64,000 bases of DNA from Alloascoidea hylecoeti (Eukaryota): contig BCKZ01000002.1 of NCBI GenBank assembly GCA_001600815.1, positions 124,001 to 188,000 on the forward strand, in the 5' to 3' direction. Positions within the stretch are counted from its first letter, which is position 1. Each line of letters starts with the position of its first letter. Made by a program: the position numbers and the translations under genes. The notes beneath the pieces are model-generated. The model saw only the letters and a list, made by a program, of their open reading frames with translations, was not told the DNA's origin and searched no databases. Shown here piece by piece: positions 11,695 through 23,426 of the stretch.

Positions 11695-13811
11695 CATATT
11701 CCATAATTCTAATTAATTCATATAGATAACGTAAGATAGAATGCATTTTATTTCATCATTATAGTTATACCTTAAAAGACAAAAAAATAAAAATAAAAAG
11801 AGCTTTCTTTCAAACAATAAAATTAAAAGATCATATCGCAAGCTTGTAACGTTTCAGCTATGCTACAATTAACTATATTATTTAAGAGTAGTTCTTCATG
11901 GTCCTTACTATAATTGGATCTTCAAATATTTTTGAACTGACTACAAGTAGCTTTTATTTTCACAATGATATTTTTGAGAAATATGGAAATTAATTGGTGA
12001 TTCAAGCGATGATTGATTAGTGGACCATTTGTTAATTCTTTAACCTGTATAGAAATTATTATTTAGTTTTATCTAGGAAATTTTGGTAATGATTTGGTAG
12101 TGATTTTGGTGGTTTATCAATCCCTACATTAAGCGCTAGAGATTTTAATACTATCTAACCAAGACATCTTAAAATATTATTACAGTGAAAATAAGCATAA
12201 TACTTTAGTGATTTCTTAGATCATTCCCTATTCATATCTCAGTACAGTAACCAGGAGAAGTTGAATACAATTTTTCCAGCGATTATTCGTGATATTAATT
12301 AGCGGTTTGTTTAGGAGTGGATCCACTTTTCTGTATTGGCCATCAGGCCAGTATAGCGAGAGCTCTATTATAGCTAACTTATTCACATAATGTTAACTAC
12401 ATGTAGTACGTATTTCATATATCTGATTTTCTATGACTAGGCAAATAAGATCTTATAACTTACATATGGTATAATTGAAATGTAGTGATCTTATACCCAT
12501 TCTCAAAAATAGAGGGACCCAAATTTTTTTTAATGCTCTCGTTGTATTTCAACTGTGTTATATAAGTAAACTTTTCAATCAATTTATCCATATACATATT
12601 AACTTAACTATTCGCAGAGGAGGCAGCTGGGGAACAGCAACTCAATGGAGCTTCTGGAGAGTTAAACGGCCACTTACACATGATTATTTATGATTATTTA
12701 TAGTACAGTATTTATACCTTTCATTTGATGTGTATATATAATGATACATTTTTTTACACTTCGTGTATTTGTCTACCTCTTCTATTAAAATGTCACATTG
12801 GTAAGCCAATTTTGATTTCACTAACACTCTTCATTACCAAAATAGCTAACTTATCTCCAAATAATTAATATTGGCTTGATTATTTCAAAGGTTATCACTG
12901 GATTAACACTACTGAATGCGTCAATTACTGTTCTCACTTCATGACTAGGGATATTCTAAGAAACTACTACATTATGAAACAACTGTGCTAACATATCATA
13001 CAATTACAATGCATGGCTATTTAAAAAGTTCTGTTTAACAAAAGCTATCCAAGGACAAATCATATAAACTGTAGATTATTATCATATAACTACATATGTT
13101 TACTGTAAAATGCACTCAACTGATGTGTATGTACTGAATGTTCAATAGCTCTAAAGCTTAAAGACTTGAAGGGAATTTTAAAGGTTAATAATAATGTTAA
13201 GCTTAAAGCTGACTCTTGATCTTTATCTATAAAAATATATAATTATGATTACAGATTCCAATAAATGATTATAAAGTTTATAATTAAAGAGAATGCTCCA
13301 TTTATAGTTATCATATAGCTAAAAAATCAAAACCTCACAAATTAAATGATATATAACCTATCCAATTGCAAGTGAGATATAAGAACTTATTACACTGGAA
13401 TCTGAAAAATATTCTATTTAATTGCAATTCGAACCTCGAGTTGATATAACATGTATTTGTTTCTAGTAAATTGGACTACGCTCACTATTCTTCAAATTAC
13501 TCAATCCGGATACTTAGTTAAGGATTATTGATGTTAATGTTACAAGAAATCTATTTTTCAGTTTTATTTATACACATATTAGCAAATATTCATCTATAAT
13601 ATTGTTGCATATAACGTTGTTATGTTATCTTTTATTAATCTACGTAATAAATCCCATTTATCATAAATATATAAATAAAACTTTAGATGAACTAGCTAAT
13701 TATTGCTTAACAATATATCTTTATTACAAGTGTTATTAATTGATAATTCATTTCGTAAATATAAAATTTGAAGGGAAAATATTATGAAGATTTTCTTCTT
13801 ATCACCAAAAT

Positions 13812-13906
13812 CACCGAGTCAAACGATATATAGGCATCGGGGCACATTGAACCGACATATTCGGGTAAGAAGCTTGTGTGGAGAAAGAGTATACACTGAC
13901 TCGGTG
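13812..13906. promoter_or_regulatory. GCV2 upstream module: inverted TGACTCGGTG pair (Bas1/Gcn4-type TGACTC) flanking a Gal4-consensus site
   Basis: CACCGAGTCA at 13812-13821 and TGACTCGGTG at 13897-13906 are exact reverse complements. CGGGGCACATTGAACCG at 13838-13854 is CGG-N11-CCG. Confidence 0.6.
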
Positions 13907-14159
13907 GCTGAAACGGGTCTTATTTACTCATATCATACCCAAAAATGAAATGGTCAATATAAATTCTCATTGAACTTCCCTTTCGATCTTTTTCCACTTG
14001 AAATTTCCTATCTTTTTGTCACTGTCAATTGGAATCAAAAGGAGTTTCTGTTAATTTTTAAACATCTTTCTAAGGTATTTAACGATAAGGCTTTGTATCG
14101 CAAGTGCCTTTATAAATTAATCACAACCTCTCTAATCTAATTTGGTAATCCTTTCAAAT

Positions 14160-17100
14160 ATGGGTTTGGCTACTTTAAACAGATCAATCTTAAGGGCTGC
14201 TTTCAGAACGCGTCTTAATGGTCTGGAAGCCAGATGCTGTTCAACGGTTCTCGCTTCACCCACAAAGTTCTCTGGCTATCTCCAGACTAAATCTTTCGCT
14301 TCTTTAAAGACAGAAAAAGCAGACATTTCATCTCATGGGTTCGAATTGTTCCACACACCCCAGAATGACCAGTTGAAGCCTTTGGATACTTTTTCCCGTC
14401 GTCATTTTGGTCCTGATCCTGAATCAGTGAAGGTGATGCTTAAAACTTTAGGCTATGACAATTTGGAATCATTCGTCAAAGCTGCTGTTCCTGAACAAGT
14501 CCTCGTTCAAAGACCCTTAAAGATTGAGCCAAAAAATGGTTTTACAGAGTCTGAATTGCTAACTCATTTAAAAAGCATTGCTTCCAAAAATAAAATCTTA
14601 AAATCATACATTGGCAAAGGTTACGTTGGTACTATTGTTCCTCCTGTTATTCTTCGCAATGTTTTGGAATGCCCTGAATGGTATACTTCATACACTCCTT
14701 ATCAACCAGAAATATCTCAAGGTAGACTAGAAGCTCTACTTAATTTCCAAACAGTTATTTCAGATTTGACCGGGTTGCCAATTGCCAATGCTTCACTTTT
14801 AGATGAAGGTAGTGCGGCTGCTGAAGCTATGATTATGTCGTTTCATCAAGGTAAAAAGAAGAAAAAGCAATATTACGTTGATTCTAATATTCACCCACAA
14901 ACATTAGCTGTTGTCAAATCGAGGGCTTCTGTCTTGGAAATTGAGGTTATTGTTACTGACTTAACGAACTCTGCTACTATTGGTAAAATTGACGGAACGA
15001 AATTATGTGGTGCATTGGTTCAATATCCAGCAACAGATGGTTCAATTTCAGATTTCACCTCAATTTCAGAATTTGTTCATTCCAATAGCGGTGTATTTGC
15101 TGTGGCCTCTGATTTATTAGCTCTCACTTTGTTAAAACCACCGAGTGAATTCAATGCTGATATTGTCCTCGGTTCTTCTCAAAGATTTGGTGTTCCCATG
15201 GGTTATGGTGGTCCACATGCTGCTTTTTTTGCTGTCACCCAAAAATTAAGTCGAAAGATGCCTGGTAGATTGATTGGCCTTTCCCAAGATAAGGCCGGAA
15301 ATCCTGCACTTCGTTTAGCTCTACAAACAAGAGAACAACATATTAAGCGTGACAGGGCAACAAGCAATATTTGCACGGCTCAAGCTCTATTAGCCAATAT
15401 GGCAGGTTTATACGCAGTTTATCATGGCCCTGAAGGATTAAAGAAGATTGCAAAACAAGTTTTTAATTTCACTTCTATACTTGCTGCTTCTGTTGGAGTG
15501 CAATATGAGGTTTTGAATAAGACATGGTTCGATACTTTAAACATTAAATTGAAATCGGGGTCTAGCGATGAACTTTTGACTACCGCCGTTGAAAAATACG
15601 GAATCAACTTATTCAAAGTTGACGAGAGTACAGTTGGTATCACATTAGATGAGACAGTCACCGAATCTGATTTAAAATCGTTAATCGATCTATTTGGCGG
15701 CGACTCCAATTCTGTTTCTTCATCTGATCTGTCATCATACCAAATTAAGCCAGAATTCCAAAGAGATGGTGCTATCCTATCACATGCTGTTTTCAACTCC
15801 CATCACAATGAAACAGCGATGTTAAGATATTTACACACATTACAAAGAAGGGATTTATCACTTGCCGATAGTATGATTCCACTTGGTTCCTGCACAATGA
15901 AACTCAATGCAACTGTTGAGATGATTCCAATTACATGGCCTGAATTTGCTAATATCCATCCTTTTGCACCACGAAATCAAACCGAAGGTTACACAGAACT
16001 GATTACCGCTTTTGAGAAGGATTTGGCTGATATTACTGGGTTTGACGCCACTTCATTAATGCCGAATTCTGGTGCTCAAGGTGAATATACAGGCCTCAGG
16101 ACCATCAGAGCCTATTTTGAGGCTAATGGCGAATCTAACAGAAATGTCTGTTTAATTCCTGTGTCAGCTCACGGTACCAATCCCGCTTCTGCTGCTATGG
16201 CGGGCCTTACGGTAGTTCCTGTTAAATGCTTATCTAATGGTTCTTTAGATTTGGAAGACTTGGAATCTAAAGCTAAGAAACATGCCGACAATCTTGCTTG
16301 TATGATGGTTACCTATCCCTCCACATATGGTTTATTTGAGCCTGGTATCAGGAAAGCTATCGAAGTCATTCACGAGAATGGTGGACAAGTTTATCTTGAT
16401 GGTGCTAACATGAACGCTCAGGTTGGGTTAACTAGTCCTGGTGATTTAGGAGCAGATGTTTGTCATTTGAATCTCCACAAAACTTTCTGTATTCCACACG
16501 GTGGTGGTGGCCCTGGTATTGGCCCTATTTGTGTAAAGAGTCATTTACAGGCTTATCTACCAGGACACCCAGTTTCAAAGGTTGATTCTGTTGAAGGTGG
16601 AATATTACCTGTATCTTCTGCTCCATATGGATCTGCATCAATTTTACCAATATCTTACAGTTATGTTAAATTAATGGGATCTGAAAACTTACCATATGCT
16701 TCAATATTGGCGATTTTGAATGCTAATTATATGATGGAAAGGTTAAAGGATCACTACCCTGTTTTATTTGTTGGTGATGAACTTAAGCATTGTGCACATG
16801 AATTTATAATTGATATTCGACCTTTCAAGACAGTAGGAATCGAAGCGATTGATATAGCCAAACGTTTGCAAGATTATTCGTTTCATGCACCTACGATGTC
16901 ATGGCCTGTTCCTAATACTCTTATGATTGAGCCGACTGAAAGTGAAGACATTGGTGAATTGGATCGTTTCATCAATACCATGATTCAAATCAGAAAAGAG
17001 ATTTCAGAAATTGAAGAAAATATGGAATCAAACCCAGACGTCAAAATCAATAATGTGTTGAAGAACGCGCCTCATACTTTGTTAGATATTATAACTACTT

Positions 17101-17276
17101 CAGAAGAGGAATGGAGTAAGAGAGGTTACGATAGAACCAAGGCTGCTTATCCTTTACCAGGCTTAAAGGAAAGAAAGTTTTGGCCCTATGTTTCAAGAAT
17201 TGATGACACATATGGAGATTTGAATTTATTTTGTACCTGTCCAAGTGTCGAGAGTTTTTCGGATGAAAAAATATAA
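14160..17276 (+). CDS. GCV2: Glycine decarboxylase P subunit (glycine cleavage system), mitochondrial
   Basis: [50 protein letters not shown] and the PLP-lysine motif HLNLHKTF. First ATG at 14160 with an Arg/Ser-rich presequence. Confidence 0.97.
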   Translation: MGLATLNRSILRAAFRTRLNGLEARCCSTVLASPTKFSGYLQTKSFASLKTEKADISSHGFELFHTPQNDQLKPLDTFSRRHFGPDPESVKVMLKTLGYDNLESFVKAAVPEQVLVQRPLKIEPKNGFTESELLTHLKSIASKNKILKSYIGKGYVGTIVPPVILRNVLECPEWYTSYTPYQPEISQGRLEALLNFQTVISDLTGLPIANASLLDEGSAAAEAMIMSFHQGKKKKKQYYVDSNIHPQTLAVVKSRASVLEIEVIVTDLTNSATIGKIDGTKLCGALVQYPATDGSISDFTSISEFVHSNSGVFAVASDLLALTLLKPPSEFNADIVLGSSQRFGVPMGYGGPHAAFFAVTQKLSRKMPGRLIGLSQDKAGNPALRLALQTREQHIKRDRATSNICTAQALLANMAGLYAVYHGPEGLKKIAKQVFNFTSILAASVGVQYEVLNKTWFDTLNIKLKSGSSDELLTTAVEKYGINLFKVDESTVGITLDETVTESDLKSLIDLFGGDSNSVSSSDLSSYQIKPEFQRDGAILSHAVFNSHHNETAMLRYLHTLQRRDLSLADSMIPLGSCTMKLNATVEMIPITWPEFANIHPFAPRNQTEGYTELITAFEKDLADITGFDATSLMPNSGAQGEYTGLRTIRAYFEANGESNRNVCLIPVSAHGTNPASAAMAGLTVVPVKCLSNGSLDLEDLESKAKKHADNLACMMVTYPSTYGLFEPGIRKAIEVIHENGGQVYLDGANMNAQVGLTSPGDLGADVCHLNLHKTFCIPHGGGGPGIGPICVKSHLQAYLPGHPVSKVDSVEGGILPVSSAPYGSASILPISYSYVKLMGSENLPYASILAILNANYMMERLKDHYPVLFVGDELKHCAHEFIIDIRPFKTVGIEAIDIAKRLQDYSFHAPTMSWPVPNTLMIEPTESEDIGELDRFINTMIQIRKEISEIEENMESNPDVKINNVLKNAPHTLLDIITTSEEEWSKRGYDRTKAAYPLPGLKERKFWPYVSRIDDTYGDLNLFCTCPSVESFSDEKI

Positions 17277-17674
17277 GACAATGATAATATGAATGTTTTG
17301 GCTTACTTACTTAACTGCATTTAATCTTTTATAATTAACTTTTTAAAATTTAAACTTGTTCTTCAATTTCCCTGATTTATCTCTTAATTATAGAATATAG
17401 TTTAAAATTATGTATATGATTCTAATTTGAAATTCAACATTTCATTTCCAAATGTTACACGACATTAAAAAAGTATGAATTCAACTTTAATTATAACAAC
17501 TTATTGCATTTGTAAGAACATTAACATGCATTTGTAGGAATTACTATTAAGTGGCAGACTACAGGTACATCTCTACAAAAGATAGTTTTCCAAATTAATT
17601 AAATAATTTCTTAATATATTCTAATCGTAACTAAAAACAAGTCATAAATAGGATTGAGACTAACGTAGTTACAT

Positions 17675-19112
17675 TTATTTCTTACCAGCCTTAACGGCAG
17701 CTTTGGTAACCTTACCAGCCTTTTCAACCTTATCAACAGATTTAATAACACCAACAGCGACAGTTTGTCTCATATCACGAACGGCAAAACGACCAAGAGG
17801 TGGATATTCAGAGAAAGCTTCGACACACATAGGCTTAGATGGAACCATCTTTACAATAGCAGCATCACCAGATTTGACAGATTTTGGATTATCTTCAATC
17901 TTCTTACCAGTACGACGATCAATTTTTTCGAGTAATTCTTCAAACTTGCAAGCAATGTGAGCAGTATGACAATCTAAAACTGGAGCATAACCAGCAGAAA
18001 TGTGACCTGGATGATTTAAAACAATGACTTGAGCATTGAAAGAGGCACATCCCTTTGGTGGATCATTCTTAGCATCACCAGCAACATTACCACGTCTAAT
18101 TTCCTTAACTGAAACATTCTTAACATTGAAACCAACATTGTCACCTGGTAGACCTGCAACTAAAGTTTCGTGATGCATTTCAACGGACTTTACCTCAGTG
18201 GTGACACCAGGAGGAGCAAATGTAACAATTTGACCAGCCTTAATGGTACCAGTTTCGATTCTACCAACTGGCACAGTTCCAATACCACCAATCTTGTAAA
18301 CATCCTGAAGTGGAAGACGGAGAGGCTTATCAGTTGGACGGGAAGGTGGCTCAATGGCATCAATGGCTTCCAATAAGGTTTTACCCTTGTAAGAACCGAT
18401 TTTGGTTTCCTTAGTCCATCCCTTGTACCATGGACAGTTACTAGATGGTTCAATCATATTATCACCATTCCAACCAGAGATTGGGACAAATGGAACAGAT
18501 TTAGGGTTAAAACCAACCTTCTTGATAAAGTTAGAGGCTTCCTTTTGGATTTCCTTGAAACGGGATTCAGACCATTTAACGGAGTCCATCTTGTTAACAG
18601 CAATGATCAATTGTCTAACACCAAGGGTGAAAGCCAATAAAGCGTGTTCACGGGTTTGTCCATCTTTAGAAATACCAGCTTCAAATTCACCAACACCACC
18701 AGCGATAATAAGAATGGCACAGTCAGCTTGAGAAGTACCAGTAATCATATTCTTGATGAAATCTCTATGACCTGGAGCATCAATAACAGTAACGTAGTAC
18801 TTTGGAGTCTCGAATTTCCATAAAGCGATATCAATGGTGATACCACGTTCACGTTCAGCCTTAAGCTTGTCAAGAACCCAAGCATATTTGAAAGAACCTT
18901 TACCGAGTTCAGCAGCTTCCTTCTCGAACTTCTCAATAGTTCTCTTATCAATACCACCACATTTGTAGATCAAATGACCAGTAGTAGTAGATTTACCGGA
19001 ATCGACGTGTCCAATGACAACGACATTAACGTGTGTTTTTTCTTTACCCTATTAAAGCGTTAGATACTTTTCGTCTCCGTCCACGATCTGGGATTAAATT
19101 GAAACATACCAT
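17675..19112 (-). CDS. TEF1: Translation elongation factor eEF1A, 2 exons: ATG only (19112-19110) and 19048-17675
   Basis: [46 protein letters not shown]...[15 protein letters not shown]. Intron 19109-19049 is GTATGT..CTAAC..TAG. Confidence 0.98.
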
Positions 19113-21289
19113 TATAAATATAAAGTCAAACTAAGTCTTAATTACACAATCTCAGAGGGAAATGCAGTTGATTTCTGGTGTGAGCGACAAAGAAGAGGAA
19201 TAAAAAGAATATAAAGAAATCGTCTTTTTAAATAGAGGAAAAAGTTTTCACTTCTTTTTTGAGTCTTTCCTATTTCGTTCATCTAGATGAATATTTTTCA
19301 TGACGTTAATTGCAACAAGTTGAATCTGCGGTAAATATCGTATAACAAATGCAAATGAGCAGCGTCCGATTATATACGAGTCTGTTTCAGCAAAACTGAT
19401 TAATACAACAAATAAGGTAACTATAATGAGTATTAATTGAATTGGGAAGACGGGATATATTGGGAGAACCACATCCTTTCGGGTATCTGGGAGATATAAT
19501 AACTGAAGGGGTTTCAAGAACGGATCAGCGTTTTTGTGACTCGCTTTAGTGATTGGGGAAATGGACCAAGCCGGACCTTAATAAACCTGCCTAATTTCAC
19601 AAAGCCCTTAACTTTTTTACACAAACAGATAAAAGTCTGAAAAGTCCTTTGTAGAATTGATACTAACATTGCTGTTTATATCTGTTATTGCGTTTTTTGA
19701 TTGTATGCTGAATAGCCATTATGTAAAAGTAACTCCAGTAGTTAACTGCGAAAAATGAAAATTTCAATGCGATGATAATATATTTTGAAATGATCTACAC
19801 ATCAGTGAAAGTTTAAGCAGACCATAAATACATAATATTATCATATTTGTTGATTTGCTGATTTTTTGGATACAATTGTATGCGGTCCCTGAAGATCCAA
19901 CGCAGATTTAATTTTGATTCGGTCCTCACTAGAAACACATTTGGATGGATCACTTCAGTACTGTATTAGTGAATATTTTATTCCATGGGCTTTTATTATT
20001 CCATTGTAAAAAAGAAGAAGTCGTGAATAACAGTATGTTTTGTCGCTGAATATCATTGAAGTCTCATGTCAATATCATGACCACAAATGGGGAATTTGTT
20101 TTTAGTTTTTAGCAATTGAGCAAGTCGGAACAAAATATTAATAATTGTAGGAAATATATTTTAATCGGGATAAAAAACAGTCACTTTTTGAAGCCACTTG
20201 TTCAATTACATTGATATTATTTTGAAAATTATTTTCCAACCATCTATTTTTTGATATGCATTTGTAAGACTAACCCTAAATCCAACACGTGATGATGCTA
20301 GATCATGATCTTCTTTATTTACGGTATATCTGAACTCATCGATATCCTTTTTATAATTAAAAAATCCATCCCGTTAATTATAACATCACAAATACTAACA
20401 TTTTCTATGCCACAACTGTTTAAAAACGTTGTATCAAAGTTTCACTCATGTCAGAATCTGAAATATACCCCAACTGATGTTGGAGATACTCGCGATTGTG
20501 ATCTTTAATTTACAAGCGCTTCCAGAAAAAAGGAGGCTTCTTTACCTCTTACATTGAGACTGTTTGGGTTGGCAAGGTTGAAATGCAATGATACCTTTGA
20601 TGATTTTGTAGTGAATAATTCAAGTATTTGGTCTAAATGGAAAAATATGTTAAGCTCAAATCACAATAACTATTCCAAGATTATTGATTCCCCAAATAAG
20701 ATTGCGAGTGATTATCTTTCGTTTACGATACCTTACACACCAATTATCTTTATAAGGATAAAGGAGATCAAGACATGGAGTATTGCTTCGAAGAGCCTTA
20801 TGAACATAAATTACAGAAGGGAAATTATGGGTCTGTTTTGATGATGAAACAAGTATTATACAGCTAATCGATAAGAAACCGAAAGTGCACTCAAAACCTC
20901 TTAAACGAGTACCAACCGCTTATGTTTCAAAGAAAGAGTAGAAATAAAATCAATAAACCACCCCTTCAGAATTTTGGTATTTTTGGATGGCTATCAACTT
21001 CTAAATATTGGCATATTAATCTTTTTTTACCATAACAGTCTTGAATAATCTGTCAAACTTTAGATTGCAATTGATATATTCAGGTTTGTAAATATTAATA
21101 TAATAAAATTACAAGGTGAAAATATGTAATGTGTAAATTAATTTCAATTGATTATACTTAAAAGTACTCATATCTTTCATATTTTTAGTTAATTACAGTT
21201 TATAATTATATGAATGGTATATATCATACATATCTCTTTTCTATATACATCTATATCCGGAACCCATCCAGTTTATCGTTTCCAGATGA

Positions 21290-22101
21290 TCATGCTAACA
21301 ATTCCCTTCCATCTTCATATTTCAAAATATATTTCCTCAGCAAGTTCTTTTTAATCCCCCGTTTCAATTCATTTGGGTCCTTTTTGGAGACAAGCCTCAA
21401 AGCATTTTCGATCGCTTTTGCTTTGGATGGATCATCTAAAAGTTTATTTAATAAATCGCTAGTACCAGGATTTGATTGAAATTTAATCTTAAATGTGAGA
21501 TCTTTTAATCGTTGTTGTAAATTGTGATGCTCAAGTTCAGCAATTGGCTTAGTAGGAGGCCATGATGTAATACCATATTTAATCTGTAACTCCTCAATTT
21601 TCTTTGCTAAAGATTCATCAACCTGACCATCAACAAAATACCTTTCTAATGTTCGTAATTCTTGTACAACACTGGTTCCTTCTTTTTCTTGTTGCTCATT
21701 CAATTTTCTTTGGTCGATGAATTCAGTGGCTTTCTTATGTTCTTCCTCAGCTACTGAAAGTGAAACAAGTTTGTTATATTGATCAAACGTTTGACCTTTA
21801 TTTGAGCGAATCTCCGCAACAGCAAAAGACTTGCTTTTCGAAATTGGTCGACAAATTTCTATTCTAACAATATCACCTTCACGGCAGATTTCAGCTTCGT
21901 CATGAACCAAAAAATCTTTACGTCGCATGATTTCCTAATTCCATGTTAGAACAATTTTCAGGTCCATTTATTGCATGATATATAATCAAAACATACCTTG
22001 TTAAGTCGGGTATCAAGAACTCGAGTTAATACACGGACCTTAATGGTCTTCTGCATTTTGCCCTGTGATATCACAAGACCAACAAAGTTTTGTCTTGCCA
22101 T
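21290..22101 (-). CDS. MRPS17: Mitochondrial ribosomal protein uS17m, 2 exons: 22101-21997 and 21934-21290
   Basis: [24 protein letters not shown]...[28 protein letters not shown] matches the S17 family. Phase-0 intron GTATGT..CTAAC..TAG. Confidence 0.93.
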
Positions 22102-22918
22102 GATAATTGCTCCTCAATTCCGTGTCGTGGACTGTGTTAATTTTTCAATCAAGTATCATTACCCGGCCTAAGACACATGACCATATATATATTAACGTTA
22201 CATTTTCTATCTTATAGTAGTTCACGATAATATTGCCAAATCCTTGATGAAAGAAGAGGTCTCATTATAGTATAATTTATATATCATCAATATGTGTAGT
22301 ATTATTTAAAGAATTATATTGATTAGGTATTTTTTATTAAGAGTCATTAAGTGATTATACTTTTATGTAGGAGTGCTGAAACTAGCGGGCTATTCTTTCG
22401 ATACTATTCATATAAATAAGGATCTTGGGGATAGGTATTGAAAACTTTATATATAAGTGTTTGATTCTTTAGGTCGGATTTAATCTATATGCCTGAAAAC
22501 ATCATCTTCATCTTCAGACTTATGTTGTGGATCGTAAACAAATGCTTTGAAAAAAAACACAGCGTGTATAAAAATTAGGATAAATATTCCTATATATTCC
22601 ATTTTTTGATTATAGAATTTAAAGATATATGTATTTGAAGTGCTTTTTTTAGTTTGATAATAACCAGAACGGAATTAATTCTTAAATAACCTATTAGTTT
22701 TATGGGATCGAAATCAATGAAAAACAAGAACAGAAAGTGGTCCAACTTACTGATTCAAAAAATGTTCCACAGCTCAAAATTTATTTTAGGTTAACGTTAG
22801 CTGGAATGACTTATATGATGTTATAAATGATGATATATGATGATGACAGAATTCCATTTTCCGATCCTCTTAATATATTGAGTAACTTGCGTCATGTGAC
22901 AATCAAGGAAGGATAGTG

Positions 22919-22987
22919 TGTTTACACTTAATTTCGGCCACTTTTGAACTAAATTCATTAAAAAGTGGCCGAAATTAAGTATATACA
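22919..22987. repeat. Inverted repeat: 20-bp perfect arms (27 bp with 2 mismatches) and a 15-bp spacer; possible MITE remnant
   Basis: ACTTAATTTCGGCCACTTTT (22926-22945) is the reverse complement of AAAAGTGGCCGAAATTAAGT (22961-22980). Confidence 0.85.
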
Positions 22988-23426
22988 GTGCATATGGCAC
23001 AAAATAGATAGTATCACGTCTCTCTCATGTAATTATGAGAAAAAAACACCGAAAATAGTGTTCATTATTGGTCGTAAGTTACGACACAATTGTACGAGAT
23101 TTATGATGCTAGTTGGTACATGACCATACAAGCTTAAGCAATTTTAGACTCGCTGGAGTGCGGCAAGTAATATACGAAGATATAAAAGAAGGTCTAGAGT
23201 ACAAACAACGCAAAAACTGCGTTGTAGTTAGGCTATAATTCAGGTCGGGGTTTCCATGTGCCACCCCCAATTGGAGGCCTAGGGTCCTCAATCTCTGAGG
23301 CTGAAATGAAATGTCAAGTATGCTGCACGTGACACACATAACCAATTGCAAAAGAAATCAGAATGTAACTTTATCGATTTCAACAAATAACTCGCGACAA
23401 GACTTCTATAGAAGTTCTCTATTTTA

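Noticed and set aside
12604..12681. GC-richer island / 25-codon minus-strand ORF (MCKWPFNSPEAPLSCC...) in the SGS1-GCV2 spacer
   Set aside because: It is too short, has no recognisable motif, and no convincing downstream exon or RNA structure could be built.
20271..20333. Box C/D snoRNA candidate (GTGATGA...CTGA) after a TAACCCTAA motif
   Set aside because: The C-to-D distance is only about 45 nt, with no terminal stem or recognisable rRNA guide.
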